Positions 1 through 8,148 of a stretch of DNA of 27,458 bases are shown here, in pieces. Position numbers and translations under genes: made by a program. The DNA is from a virus. Lineage: Duplodnaviria > Heunggongvirae > Uroviricota > Caudoviricetes. The stretch is from IMG/VR virus record IMGVR_UViG_3300010885_065725; one strand, 5' to 3'. Every line of letters begins with the position of its first letter. Position 1 is the first letter of the stretch. A model generated the notes under the pieces. That model made no database searches and was not told the DNA's origin. It saw only the letters and a program-made list of their open reading frames with translations.

Positions 1-123
1 GGAATAATTTCAGAAGCATATAAATGTTCTATTAAACGAGCAATAGAATATTCGAAATTATTATCTCCAGAACAAATCAAAATATTATCTTCTAGATTAG
101 ATAAAGGTGGAGTAATAAAGTAA
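1..123 (+). CDS. gp62: Clamp loader small subunit, 3' end only
   Basis: Frame 1 reads GIISEAYKCSIKRAIEYSKLLSPEQIKILSSRLDKGGVIK*, like the T4-like gp62 C-terminus (LSxEQ...LxKGG); directly upstream of regA as in T4 synteny. Confidence 0.7.
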   Translation, partial: GIISEAYKCSIKRAIEYSKLLSPEQIKILSSRLDKGGVIK

Positions 124-233
124 AAAGACTTCTTTCTTTGTTTTTATTTTTACATAAATAATACTAATATGGTAATTTTTCCATAGGATACTTGTGTTTA
201 TACAATAATAAAATAAGGGAAGAGGTAATCATA

Positions 234-665
234 ATGGGATTCGACCATAATGAACGTGAATATTTTGATGGCTGGGTTCCTAGTGATATGTTAGAAATTA
301 CGTTCGAACAAGAAAATGATTTTTTGAAGATAAAGGAATCTCTTACCAGGATTGGTGTAGGATCATATAAGGACAACTCCCTTATTCAGTCATGTCATAT
401 TCTACATAAGAAAGGTAAATATTATCTTATGCAGTTTAAAGAATTATTCTGCTTGGACGGAAGAGATACTGATATCACAGTAGATGATATCGCAAGAAGA
501 AATACTATTGCTCTGTTGTTACAAGAATGGGGAATGTTGAAAATAGTAGATATGCAAAAGGTAGAATTACGAACTAATCTATCAAGAATAAAAATTGTAC
601 CATTTAAAGAAAAATCAAATTATAATTTGATCAGTAAATATACAATTGGAACAAAATATAAATGA
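234..665 (+). CDS. regA: Translational repressor RegA
   Basis: DFLKIKESLTRIG, QSCHILHKKGKYYLMQFKELF, RRNTIALLLQEWG. Start moved to ATG 234, which follows GAGGT at 222-226. Confidence 0.95.
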   Translation: MGFDHNEREYFDGWVPSDMLEITFEQENDFLKIKESLTRIGVGSYKDNSLIQSCHILHKKGKYYLMQFKELFCLDGRDTDITVDDIARRNTIALLLQEWGMLKIVDMQKVELRTNLSRIKIVPFKEKSNYNLISKYTIGTKYK

Positions 666-673
666 AAATTTTT

Positions 674-681
674 TATAAATA
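674..681 (+). promoter_or_regulatory. T4-type late promoter (TATAAATA) for hsp20
   Basis: Exact TATAAATA in the intergenic gap upstream of hsp20. Confidence 0.6.
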
Positions 682-683
682 GA

Positions 684-749
684 AATGTACTGCCATCTGG
701 GGTACATTAATTTTAATATACACTTGCTTAAATTTAAGGAGTAACAATG
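684..749 (+). promoter_or_regulatory. ROSE-like RNA thermometer in hsp20 5' UTR
   Basis: Hairpin AATGTAC(684-690)/GTACATT(702-708), then CTTGCTTA-AATT-TAAGGAG (723-741), in which UUGCU pairs with the AGGAG SD leaving a bulged G; ATG at 747. Confidence 0.65.
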
Positions 750-1196
750 TCTATACCAACAAACTTTATACCACCAAATTATAAAACCGCTGATTTTTCA
801 GGGTTCAATATTTTAGATATTCTGGACGCTGCAACTAATTCAAAGATCTCAACTGATACATCTTTTCCACGGTATAATATTATACGTGAAAATGATATGA
901 ATTATAGAATTGAATTGGCAATTGCTGGGTTTTTTCAAAATGAAATTGAGATTACCGAAGAAAAAAGAATTCTTTCTGTGGTAGGAAAGAAACGGTCTAC
1001 AACAGTAGATGAAATTCAATATGTATACAAAGGAATTTCTTCTAAAGATTTTATCAGAACATTTACACTTGCCGAATCTGTTGAAGTGGTTAGTGCAAAA
1101 ATACTCAATGGGGTTCTTGTTATTCGATTAAAGAAATTTGCTTCCGAATCCAAAAAGAAATATATCCCTATTGGTGGTGAAACCCCAATAATTTAA
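747..1196 (+). CDS. hsp20: Small heat shock protein (IbpA/Hsp20 family)
   Basis: FPRYNII, YRIELAIAGF, KGISSKDFIRTFTLAE, NGVLVIRL, C-terminal IPI motif. Confidence 0.95.
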   Translation: MSIPTNFIPPNYKTADFSGFNILDILDAATNSKISTDTSFPRYNIIRENDMNYRIELAIAGFFQNEIEITEEKRILSVVGKKRSTTVDEIQYVYKGISSKDFIRTFTLAESVEVVSAKILNGVLVIRLKKFASESKKKYIPIGGETPII

Positions 1197-1199
1197 TAT

Positions 1200-1352
1200 A
1201 TGCCGTATGTCACATGGGAAGATGGGGCTTATTGTAAATTTTCTGATGTTGAAGAATATATAGAAAAAAATAATAAGACTGATAACTATGAAATAGTATA
1301 CTTTGATTCTGAAGAAGAATTATTGGATAACTATATTGAAGAAGAGAAGTAA
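1200..1352 (+). CDS. Small acidic hypothetical protein (50 aa, absent from ORF track)
   Basis: MPYVTWEDGAYCKFSDVEEYIEKNNKTDNYEIVYFDSEEELLDNYIEEEK*; starts 3 nt after the hsp20 stop and fills the gap to the terminator. Confidence 0.5.
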   Translation: MPYVTWEDGAYCKFSDVEEYIEKNNKTDNYEIVYFDSEEELLDNYIEEEK

Positions 1353-1359
1353 AATACTG

Positions 1360-1386
1360 AGGGGATCATTTTTGATTCCCTTTTTT
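1360..1386 (+). terminator. Intrinsic terminator
   Basis: AGGGGATCA-TTTT-TGATTCCCT stem followed by a T run. Confidence 0.75.
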
Positions 1387-1412
1387 ATGTGTAATAAATC
1401 ATGAGGAATAAA

Positions 1413-1823
1413 ATGAAAGATTTAAATGAATATCAAGAATTTGTAGAATTCACTATTTCTAAACCATCTAGTCATTTTGGTGTTTTGTCCCATAGATTAT
1501 GTGAACTAGAAGAAAGTGGTGGGTTATTGGGAGTAAAGATTCCGGAACTCATGACTTCTGCATTTGGATTGACAGCAGAAGCTGGAGAATACACTGAAGT
1601 TGTGAAAAAAATTGTTTTCCAAGGCAAACCATTGAATGATGAAAATATCTTCCATATGAAGCGAGAATTGGGCGATATTTGTTGGTATCTTGCTGTTGCA
1701 TGTTCTGCACTAAATGTCTCCTTAGACGAAGTTTTTCAGATGAATTTTGATAAACTTAAGGCAAGATATCCAGAAGGTTTTACAGTAGAAAAATCTGAAA
1801 ATAGAAAAGATGGTGATGTGTGA
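1413..1823 (+). CDS. mazG: MazG-like nucleotide pyrophosphohydrolase
   Basis: GLTAEAGEYTEVVKK, KRELGDICWY, NFDKLKARYP. GAGGA at 1403-1407 favours ATG 1413. Confidence 0.85.
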   Translation: MKDLNEYQEFVEFTISKPSSHFGVLSHRLCELEESGGLLGVKIPELMTSAFGLTAEAGEYTEVVKKIVFQGKPLNDENIFHMKRELGDICWYLAVACSALNVSLDEVFQMNFDKLKARYPEGFTVEKSENRKDGDV

Positions 1824-2779
1824 GTAAAAAAATATCAGCATCAACAAAAAATACTGTCTCTTCTAATGGCAGTCTGATGGAAAGAATGATGAAGGCAAGT
1901 ACAATAGAATCTTCTGATGTATTGTCCGAATCTAAATTTTTTACTAAAGCAGACATGATTTCTACTTCTATTCCTGCAATAAATGTTGCACTATCCGGAA
2001 AATTGGATGGTGGGTTTGTGCCTGGGTTGACATTGTTTTGTGGTCCTTCGAAACATTTTAAAACAAGTTTTTCTTTGGTGCTTGCGAAAGCATATATGGA
2101 AAAATATGCAGAATCAGTTTTACTATTTTACGATTCTGAATTCGGGACACCACAAGATTATTTTAAATCATTTGGTATCGATACCAAAAGAGTATTGCAT
2201 ACTCCTATTACCAATATCGAAGAATTAAAATTTGATATTATGCAACAATTAAAAGAAATTGATCGAGGATCAAGAGTAATTATTGTCATTGATTCTATTG
2301 GAAATCTTGCATCAAAAAAAGAATTTGATGATGCAATGGACGGTAAATCTGTTGCCGATATGTCAAGAGCAAAGGCATTGAAAGGTTTGTTCAGAATGGT
2401 AACTCCACATCTTACCATGAAAGATATTCCTATGATTGCAATTAATCATACATATCAGACCCAAGAATTATATTCTAAGGCAGTAGTGTCTGGTGGGTGT
2501 TTAATATCAGGAACAAGAATTAAAATGTTTGATGATTCTTTAAAAAATATTGAAGATATACAAGTAGGTGATTTAGTTATCACATTAGATGGTCCAAAGG
2601 TAGTGACGCATTCTTGGAATCCAGATACTTTAGAAGATGGTGAACCTGAATGTTATAAAATTACATTTGAGGATGGTTATGAAGTAATTTGCTCAGATGA
2701 ACATCCATTTCTTATAAATGAAAAATTTGTGTATGCTAAGGAGCTTTGTATTGGGGATGAGATAACCACAATTAAGTGA
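1820..2779 (+). CDS. uvsX: UvsX recombinase N-extein (226 aa) fused to split-intein N-half
   Basis: P-loop GPSKHFKT, YDSEFG, IDSIGNLASKKE, ADMSRAK; homology stops at VVSGG and CLISGT begins. Confidence 0.95.
   Translation: MSKKISASTKNTVSSNGSLMERMMKASTIESSDVLSESKFFTKADMISTSIPAINVALSGKLDGGFVPGLTLFCGPSKHFKTSFSLVLAKAYMEKYAESVLLFYDSEFGTPQDYFKSFGIDTKRVLHTPITNIEELKFDIMQQLKEIDRGSRVIIVIDSIGNLASKKEFDDAMDGKSVADMSRAKALKGLFRMVTPHLTMKDIPMIAINHTYQTQELYSKAVVSGGCLISGTRIKMFDDSLKNIEDIQVGDLVITLDGPKVVTHSWNPDTLEDGEPECYKITFEDGYEVICSDEHPFLINEKFVYAKELCIGDEITTIK
2498..2776 (+). mobile_element. Split intein N-fragment in UvsX (93 aa)
   Basis: Block A CLISGTRI, IEDIQVGDLV, block B CSDEHPFL, ends AKELCIGDEITTIK*. Confidence 0.93.
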
Positions 2780-2854
2780 ATTTTCAATTCTTATATATGG
2801 ATGAATGGTGCTATTGTCAGAAAAAAATTAAAACTATTAAATAATGGGGTATAA

Positions 2855-2959
2855 ATGAAAATTACAAATATTGAAAAAGTTGGTAAACAAAAAGTTTATG
2901 ATATTACAGTGGCAGATAATCACCAATATGTGCTTGAAAATGGAGTAGTAACTCATAAT
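2855..2959 (+). mobile_element. Split intein C-fragment in UvsX (35 aa), Thr+1
   Basis: MKITNIEKVGKQKVYDITVADNHQYVLENGVVTHN|T: block F VYDITV and block G HN. Confidence 0.93.
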
Positions 2960-3400
2960 ACAGGAATATATTATTCTGCCAGCAATATTTTTATTATCGG
3001 CAGACAACAAGAAAAAGAAGATACAGAAATTGTTGGATATAATTTTATTATAAATGTAGAAAAATCTAGATTTGTAAAAGAAAAATCTAAAATTCCTGTT
3101 TCTGTTCTATATGACGGAGGAATTTCTACATGGTCTGGATTATTGGAAATGGCACTGGATTCTGGTCATGTTGTCAAACCTTCTAATGGATGGTACAGCA
3201 AGGTAGATGTTGCTACAGGTGTAATAGAAGATAAAAGATATAGAATAAAGGATACAAACACAAAAGACTTCTGGATGCCTATTTTGATCGACAAGACATT
3301 CAGAGATTGGACAGAGAATACATATAAATTAATTTCTGCAGAGATTATTTCTAATAGTGAACTAGAAAAAGTTGCAGAAGAAATGGCAAAGACATCTTGA
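2855..3400 (+). CDS. uvsX: Split-intein C-half fused to UvsX C-extein (146 aa)
   Basis: After THN the sequence resumes UvsX: TGIYYSASNIFIIGRQQEK, VEKSRFVKEKSKIP, KPSNGWY. GGGGT SD at 2846-2850. Confidence 0.93.
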   Translation: MKITNIEKVGKQKVYDITVADNHQYVLENGVVTHNTGIYYSASNIFIIGRQQEKEDTEIVGYNFIINVEKSRFVKEKSKIPVSVLYDGGISTWSGLLEMALDSGHVVKPSNGWYSKVDVATGVIEDKRYRIKDTNTKDFWMPILIDKTFRDWTENTYKLISAEIISNSELEKVAEEMAKTS

Positions 3401-3425
3401 CATATTATTAAAAATACGTTACAAT
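3397..3425 (+). promoter_or_regulatory. Sigma70-type (early) promoter
   Basis: TTGACA-17 nt-TACAAT upstream of ORF 3461. Confidence 0.7.
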
Positions 3426-3460
3426 ATCATTTTAAATTAATTGAATGTGAGAAATACATT

Positions 3461-3646
3461 ATGAATAATGAAGAAAAAGTGACATATGAAGATGTATTAA
3501 ATACTATTGCAGACGAAGACGCATTTTTGCTTACAATGAAAAACTATCTTCCTATTGCAAAAGAACAGCAATTATATGATATAATCAAAAGATTAGATTC
3601 TATTATAGAAAATATGGAAAAAAATGGGGTTTATTATGGAATATGA
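3461..3646 (+). CDS. Hypothetical protein
   Basis: 61 aa ORF downstream of the promoter, overlapping the next ORF. Confidence 0.6.
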   Translation: MNNEEKVTYEDVLNTIADEDAFLLTMKNYLPIAKEQQLYDIIKRLDSIIENMEKNGVYYGI

Positions 3647-3947
3647 AGAATTTGAAAAAATGTTTTGTTGTCTTCAGAAAGAAATTGAAAATAGAAATAA
3701 CTTTTATGAATCAATACCAAGTTCTTTAAGGGAAGCATTTTTTGATAATGAAACCATCGAATCATACGAAAAAGAAAAGAATGCAATAATGAGATTTGCT
3801 TTTTCTGAAAATATGTATTATGATATAGAATATTTTTTATATGAATGGAAAAGTGGATATCAAATTATGGAACATACAAAGGAATATGTTATCAATACTC
3901 AGGATGAAATATTAAATTATTTTAAGGAAATATATTTTAATGATTAG
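3636..3947 (+). CDS. Hypothetical protein
   Basis: Acidic ORF; GGGGT SD before ATG 3636. Confidence 0.65.
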   Translation: MEYEEFEKMFCCLQKEIENRNNFYESIPSSLREAFFDNETIESYEKEKNAIMRFAFSENMYYDIEYFLYEWKSGYQIMEHTKEYVINTQDEILNYFKEIYFND

Positions 3948-4215
3948 AGAATCGTATGAATTTGCACCAGTTGGTGTATCAGAAGACAATAAAATTATTT
4001 TTTTAATTGACGACAAAGAATATGGCGGATATTCTATTGCAATAAAAATAATGGATGCAGAAGACAATAATCTAGATCCAAAAGATTGTACTATTCCGGT
4101 AGAATATGATTTCTTGTCAGATGGAGAAATTGATGTCCCTATTGAAAGACAGCAATCTGTGGTATTTGATATAGTAGAAACTATAGTAAAACAAGCAATA
4201 AATTTTGAAGAGTAA
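3940..4215 (+). CDS. Hypothetical acidic protein at the T4 gp40 position (between uvsX and gp41)
   Basis: 91 aa coupled ORF. The gp40-like suggestion rests on synteny and size only. Confidence 0.55.
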   Translation: MIRESYEFAPVGVSEDNKIIFLIDDKEYGGYSIAIKIMDAEDNNLDPKDCTIPVEYDFLSDGEIDVPIERQQSVVFDIVETIVKQAINFEE

Positions 4216-4227
4216 ATAGTCAACGAC

Positions 4228-4268
4228 ACCCCTCACGCATCCCGTAGGATCTGCGCACCATGAGGGGT
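4228..4268 (+). other. GC-rich stem-loop upstream of gp41
   Basis: ACCCCTCA(4228-4235)/TGAGGGGT(4261-4268) outer stem; inner CGC-ATCC-CGTA-GGAT-CT-GCG. Confidence 0.6.
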
Positions 4269-4295
4269 TACTTTTATGATAATGATAATGTGAAT

Positions 4296-5705
4296 ATGCA
4301 AAGAAAAATAGAAGAAGTAATATTAACAAATCTTGTAATGGACGAACTCTTTACAAGAAAAGTTCTCCCATTTCTCAAAGAAGAATATTTTAGTGAGACA
4401 TGCGAAAAAGTTTTATTCAATGAAATCAATGAGTTTGTAGAAAAATATAATACTATTCCCACAAAAGAGGCACTTTCTATTCTATTGAGCAACAGAACAG
4501 GAATAAATTCTGGTGATTTTGCCTATGCAAATTCATTTGTCGAAAGTGTCGATGTAGAATATCAGCAACCTAATCTTGATTGGTTAATAGATGCATCAGA
4601 AAAATTCTGCAAGGAGGCGGCACTAAATAATGCGATAATGGAATCGATATATATTATCGAAGGTAAATCAAAGGAACATTCTAAAGATGTCATTCCTCAG
4701 ATTCTTTCTGAAGCATTAGGAGTAAGTTTTGATCATGATATTGGTCATAATTATATAGAAGATGCAGAAAAAAGACATGATTTTTATAATGCAGACGAAG
4801 AAAAACTTCCATTTGATTTGAATATTTTTAATAAGATCACAAAAGGTGGATTGAACAGAAAGAGTCTCACATGTATATTAGGACCTCCAGGAGGCGGAAA
4901 AACTATTGCATTGTGTCATTTTGCGGCATCCTATCTTGCTTCCGGAAAAAATGTTCTATATATTACACTGGAAATGGCAGAAGAACGTATTTCTGAAAGA
5001 ATAGATGCAAATCTGATGAATATTCCTATGGACGATATGAAAAATCTTAACAAAGAAAAATTTCTTTCGAAGATAGTGAACATTAAAAATAAGACTAATG
5101 GTAAATTGATAGTAAAAGAATATCCTACTGCGGCTGCACATTGTGGACATTTCAAGGCATTAATAGATGAATTGAATCTGAAGAAAAATTTCAAACCAGA
5201 AATTCTTATTGTAGATTATCTGGGAATTTGTGCCTCTGCAAGATATAAAAATGGTTCTAATATAGGAAATCATTTATATGTTAAAAGTGTCGCAGAAGAG
5301 CTTCGGGGGCTTGCAAAGGTATATAATATTCCTGTTATTACTGCTCACCAATTAAATAGAAGCGGAAGCGTCAGTTCTGACCCAGGAATGGATTCTACCG
5401 GAGACTCTTTTGGTATTCCTGCGACATGTGATCTATTTCTCACTATTATAACAAGTGAAGAAATGGATGGAATGAATCAAATAATGTTCAAACAATTGAA
5501 AAATAGATTCAACGATTTAAATTATTATCATAGATTTGTTGTGGGTATCGATAAGAGTCGTATGAAATTATATGATTTAGAAGATTCTGCACAAATGGAC
5601 AGACCGACAGCCAAAGATACACAGGAACAATATACTCCAAAAGACAGTAACAGTATTTTTGGAAGTACAAAAAGTAAACGTGATTTCTCACAATTTCAAG
5701 TATAA
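4296..5705 (+). CDS. gp41: Replicative DNA helicase (DnaB-like)
   Basis: Walker A GPPGGGKT, VLYITLEMAEERISERIDAN, VKEYPT, IVDYLGI, KQLKNRF. Alternative start at 4260. Confidence 0.96.
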   Translation: MQRKIEEVILTNLVMDELFTRKVLPFLKEEYFSETCEKVLFNEINEFVEKYNTIPTKEALSILLSNRTGINSGDFAYANSFVESVDVEYQQPNLDWLIDASEKFCKEAALNNAIMESIYIIEGKSKEHSKDVIPQILSEALGVSFDHDIGHNYIEDAEKRHDFYNADEEKLPFDLNIFNKITKGGLNRKSLTCILGPPGGGKTIALCHFAASYLASGKNVLYITLEMAEERISERIDANLMNIPMDDMKNLNKEKFLSKIVNIKNKTNGKLIVKEYPTAAAHCGHFKALIDELNLKKNFKPEILIVDYLGICASARYKNGSNIGNHLYVKSVAEELRGLAKVYNIPVITAHQLNRSGSVSSDPGMDSTGDSFGIPATCDLFLTIITSEEMDGMNQIMFKQLKNRFNDLNYYHRFVVGIDKSRMKLYDLEDSAQMDRPTAKDTQEQYTPKDSNSIFGSTKSKRDFSQFQV

Positions 5706-5719
5706 AAAAGGAATACAAG

Positions 5720-6004
5720 ATGGAAGAGATAAAAGAACCAGTAATTATTAATCCTTTATTGCATGATCCAATAAAATTTTCTCAGTATATAGAAACTGCC
5801 GCATCAAAATCAGATACTACATATTTAGATATTATGATAGATTTCTGCGAAAAAAATGATGTGGAATATGATGTAATAATAAAATATATTACTCCGACAT
5901 TGAAACAGAAGATACGATATGAGAGCGAGGAATTGAGATATTATAAAAAATCTATTAAATCATTATTTGATAAACAGAAACCTAAGAAATCTGGATTTAT
6001 TTGA
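5720..6004 (+). CDS. gp33: Late transcription coactivator
   Basis: FSQYIE, YLDIMIDFCEKNDVE, LKQKIRYESEELRY pattern. Confidence 0.8.
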   Translation: MEEIKEPVIINPLLHDPIKFSQYIETAASKSDTTYLDIMIDFCEKNDVEYDVIIKYITPTLKQKIRYESEELRYYKKSIKSLFDKQKPKKSGFI

Positions 6005-6016
6005 GGAAATAATTTA

Positions 6017-6024
6017 TATAAATA
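6017..6024 (+). promoter_or_regulatory. T4-type late promoter
   Basis: Intergenic TATAAATA upstream of a small ORF and a structural-like gene. Confidence 0.55.
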
Positions 6025-6059
6025 ATATAATATTATAATTGTTTTTGTTATTAGAATTT

Positions 6060-6221
6060 ATGGTAAATAAACTTAATCCAGATCAGAAAGAAGCACATTT
6101 CCATATGATGTCTGCAATAAAAAACAGCAAGTCATTTAAAGATAAATATGGGAAAGATTGGAAAATTATTGCGAATGGTATAGCACATAGGCATGCAATA
6201 AATTTCGATAAGAATAAATAG
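6060..6221 (+). CDS. Small basic His/Lys-rich hypothetical protein (possible internal head protein)
   Basis: MVNKLNPDQKEAHFHMMSAIKNSKSFKDKYGKDWKIIANGIAHRHA...; ATG 6060 preferred over TTG 6039. Confidence 0.55.
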   Translation: MVNKLNPDQKEAHFHMMSAIKNSKSFKDKYGKDWKIIANGIAHRHAINFDKNK

Positions 6222-6267
6222 ATTATATATCAATTTTAATATACAAATAAACAAGAGGAACGATATT

Positions 6268-6993
6268 ATGTCACTTTGGGGCAACGGAACAAAAGGTAAA
6301 GAAGACAAACCTAAATGGTTGACTGGACAGTATTCTCCAGAAAACTGCTATATTACCAAGAAAGGTTGGGTATACCGATGGCCTGATGGTCATGAAGAAG
6401 TAATTGCAGCAATCAATTATAACCATACAGCATTTAATGGTTCTAATGTATCAAGTCTTGCATGGGTAGCATCAAATACATATAAAAATAATGCTGCACA
6501 GACTGTATATGTTTCTTTTAATGAAAAAGTAATTGTTAGTGGTCTTGCTCCAACATTTGCAATAGTTGGTGGTGGAACTCCTACTGCAACATATTCTGCT
6601 CCTACTATTACAGGTACTGTCACTACTGTCACTACTTCTAATGTTGTTACTGGCTCAGGAACTAAATTTAAAACTGAATTGAAAGTTGGCGATTATATCT
6701 ATAATGCGTCTGGAGCAAAAGTTGGTTTTGTTGCATCTATACAATCTGATATTGTTGCTACATTAACAGCAAATGCTCTGGCTGCAATCACTGCTGCTGC
6801 ATATTTGAAATCAGAAAACAAACTTGCTTTCACTTTTACTCCTACTGCAACAGGTGCAATTTCTATTGCTGCAACTGCATTTGCTACTAACAGTGCAAAC
6901 ATTAAATCGTTTGATGATCTTTCTGCTATTGATACTACATCATGGACTGCTGCAGTAAATACTAAGTTAGGTAGTAAAACAATAATTGCATAA
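6268..6993 (+). CDS. Probable virion structural protein (Thr/Ala/Gly-rich)
   Basis: MSLWGN..KPKWL..GWV..FNEKV, a pattern I associate with T4-like structural proteins; GAGGA SD. Confidence 0.65.
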   Translation: MSLWGNGTKGKEDKPKWLTGQYSPENCYITKKGWVYRWPDGHEEVIAAINYNHTAFNGSNVSSLAWVASNTYKNNAAQTVYVSFNEKVIVSGLAPTFAIVGGGTPTATYSAPTITGTVTTVTTSNVVTGSGTKFKTELKVGDYIYNASGAKVGFVASIQSDIVATLTANALAAITAAAYLKSENKLAFTFTPTATGAISIAATAFATNSANIKSFDDLSAIDTTSWTAAVNTKLGSKTIIA

Positions 6994-7003
6994 TATTATT
7001 TGA

Positions 7004-7011
7004 TATAAATA
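7004..7011 (+). promoter_or_regulatory. T4-type late promoter
   Basis: Intergenic TATAAATA. Confidence 0.45.
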
Positions 7012-7023
7012 TATTTGTTGCGT

Positions 7024-7058
7024 AAAAGGGAAGTATTTTTTTATACTTCCCTTTTTTT
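7024..7058 (+). terminator. Intrinsic terminator, possibly bidirectional
   Basis: Perfect 13 bp stem AAAAGGGAAGTAT/ATACTTCCCTTTT with a T6 loop and a T run. Confidence 0.8.
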
Positions 7059-7080
7059 ATATTTGAAGAAAAAGAATAAT

Positions 7081-7437
7081 ATGGAAATAGATAATTTTAT
7101 AGTAGAATGTATTAGACATTATAATAGTTATGATACAGAATCATTTTTTATAGAATATAAAAGATTGAAATCTGTAAAAAAATTATTATGTAAATATGAA
7201 AGAAGTGGTATTTTGAATGAAAGATTGTTATTGAACCATATTATAATCCTTTATAACCTTTTCGATGAATTTGCGACATATATGTTGTTCAAATATATCG
7301 ATGTGGCACATTGGAAATATCTTTCGACAATAATTATATATTTGAATAGAGTGCCCAATAAAATGCCATTTGGGAATAAAAATTTTAGTGATATTGGCAT
7401 AGATAACACAATAGTAAATAAATTAAGAGAGTTATAA
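7081..7437 (+). CDS. Conserved T4-like hypothetical protein
   Basis: KRLKSVKKLL, LNERLLLNHIIILYNLF; start set at ATG 7081 because TTG 7015 would run through the terminator. Confidence 0.75.
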   Translation: MEIDNFIVECIRHYNSYDTESFFIEYKRLKSVKKLLCKYERSGILNERLLLNHIIILYNLFDEFATYMLFKYIDVAHWKYLSTIIIYLNRVPNKMPFGNKNFSDIGIDNTIVNKLREL

Positions 7438-7439
7438 AA

Positions 7440-7622
7440 ATGATAAATATAAAGACTTTTAAAGAATTTATCTTATATTCTGAAGATGTTGCTGCAAATG
7501 CTGTAGGTGATGGATCAAAAGTGGCTGGATTGACCGGAGCACCGAATAAAAAAAAGGGTCTTTTGTTTTTAGCCAAACGCAACACAAAAAATAATAAAAA
7601 TATTGATACTTGTACTAAATGA
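7440..7622 (+). CDS. Small protein with capsid-targeting-like N-terminus
   Basis: KTFKEFILYSE|DVAANAVG. Confidence 0.6.
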   Translation: MINIKTFKEFILYSEDVAANAVGDGSKVAGLTGAPNKKKGLLFLAKRNTKNNKNIDTCTK

Positions 7623-7666
7623 TGAAATTTTTATAAATCATTTAACTGTAGACGAAGAAGAATAAA

Positions 7667-8092
7667 ATGTTATCATCAGAGCAAAAAACAATGCAAAAAT
7701 TGACTATAGATGTAGAATTGTTGAAGCAAGAAAATGTTCATGCTAAAGAGTCTTTTGATAAATTAGATGTTGCAATAGAAAAGATTAGTGATGTTGCAAA
7801 TAACATTTCAAAAATTCTTTCGTTACATGAACACAAAGTGGCAACTTTAGAAAGTGATTTAAATAGTGTAGCAAGTGATGTAGATAAAGTCAACATAAAT
7901 GTCTATGCAGTCAAACAAGAAATAGAAAAATTAATAGACGATGATAGAGATGAAATTAATATTCGTTTCTCTAAAATAGAAAATGACTTATCTGAATTAA
8001 ACAAATACAAATATTATATATTTTCTGCTCTTGCGATAGCATTCATTGTACTAGATAATCTAGAAAAAATTACTACAATATTTAATAATTGA
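7667..8092 (+). CDS. Coiled-coil protein with C-terminal transmembrane segment
   Basis: Heptad-like body, then YYIFSALAIAFIVL. Confidence 0.7.
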   Translation: MLSSEQKTMQKLTIDVELLKQENVHAKESFDKLDVAIEKISDVANNISKILSLHEHKVATLESDLNSVASDVDKVNINVYAVKQEIEKLIDDDRDEINIRFSKIENDLSELNKYKYYIFSALAIAFIVLDNLEKITTIFNN

Positions 8093-8135
8093 CAATATTG
8101 GTAGATATTGATATAATATCTTTTTTATATCAATA
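8089..8135 (+). promoter_or_regulatory. Consensus sigma70 promoter with inverted repeat over -10
   Basis: TTGACA(8089)-17-TATAAT(8112) with extended TG; inverted repeat 8106-8116/8125-8135. Confidence 0.8.
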
Positions 8136-8148
8136 ATCAGATAATACT

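Noticed and set aside
2777-2857. Stop-codon reassignment explaining the uvsX break
   Set aside because: Both TGA and TAA would need readthrough, and TAA, TGA and TAG all end well-defined genes in this window.
2774-2860. T4 gene 60-like ribosomal bypass (AAG before TGA to AAA at 2858)
   Set aside because: No take-off stem-loop is visible, the codons are not identical, and IntC has its own SD and ATG. Not formally excluded.
7622-7638. ATGAAA-T run-ATAAAT similarity to 662-680
   Set aside because: Low-complexity AT sequence with only two instances.
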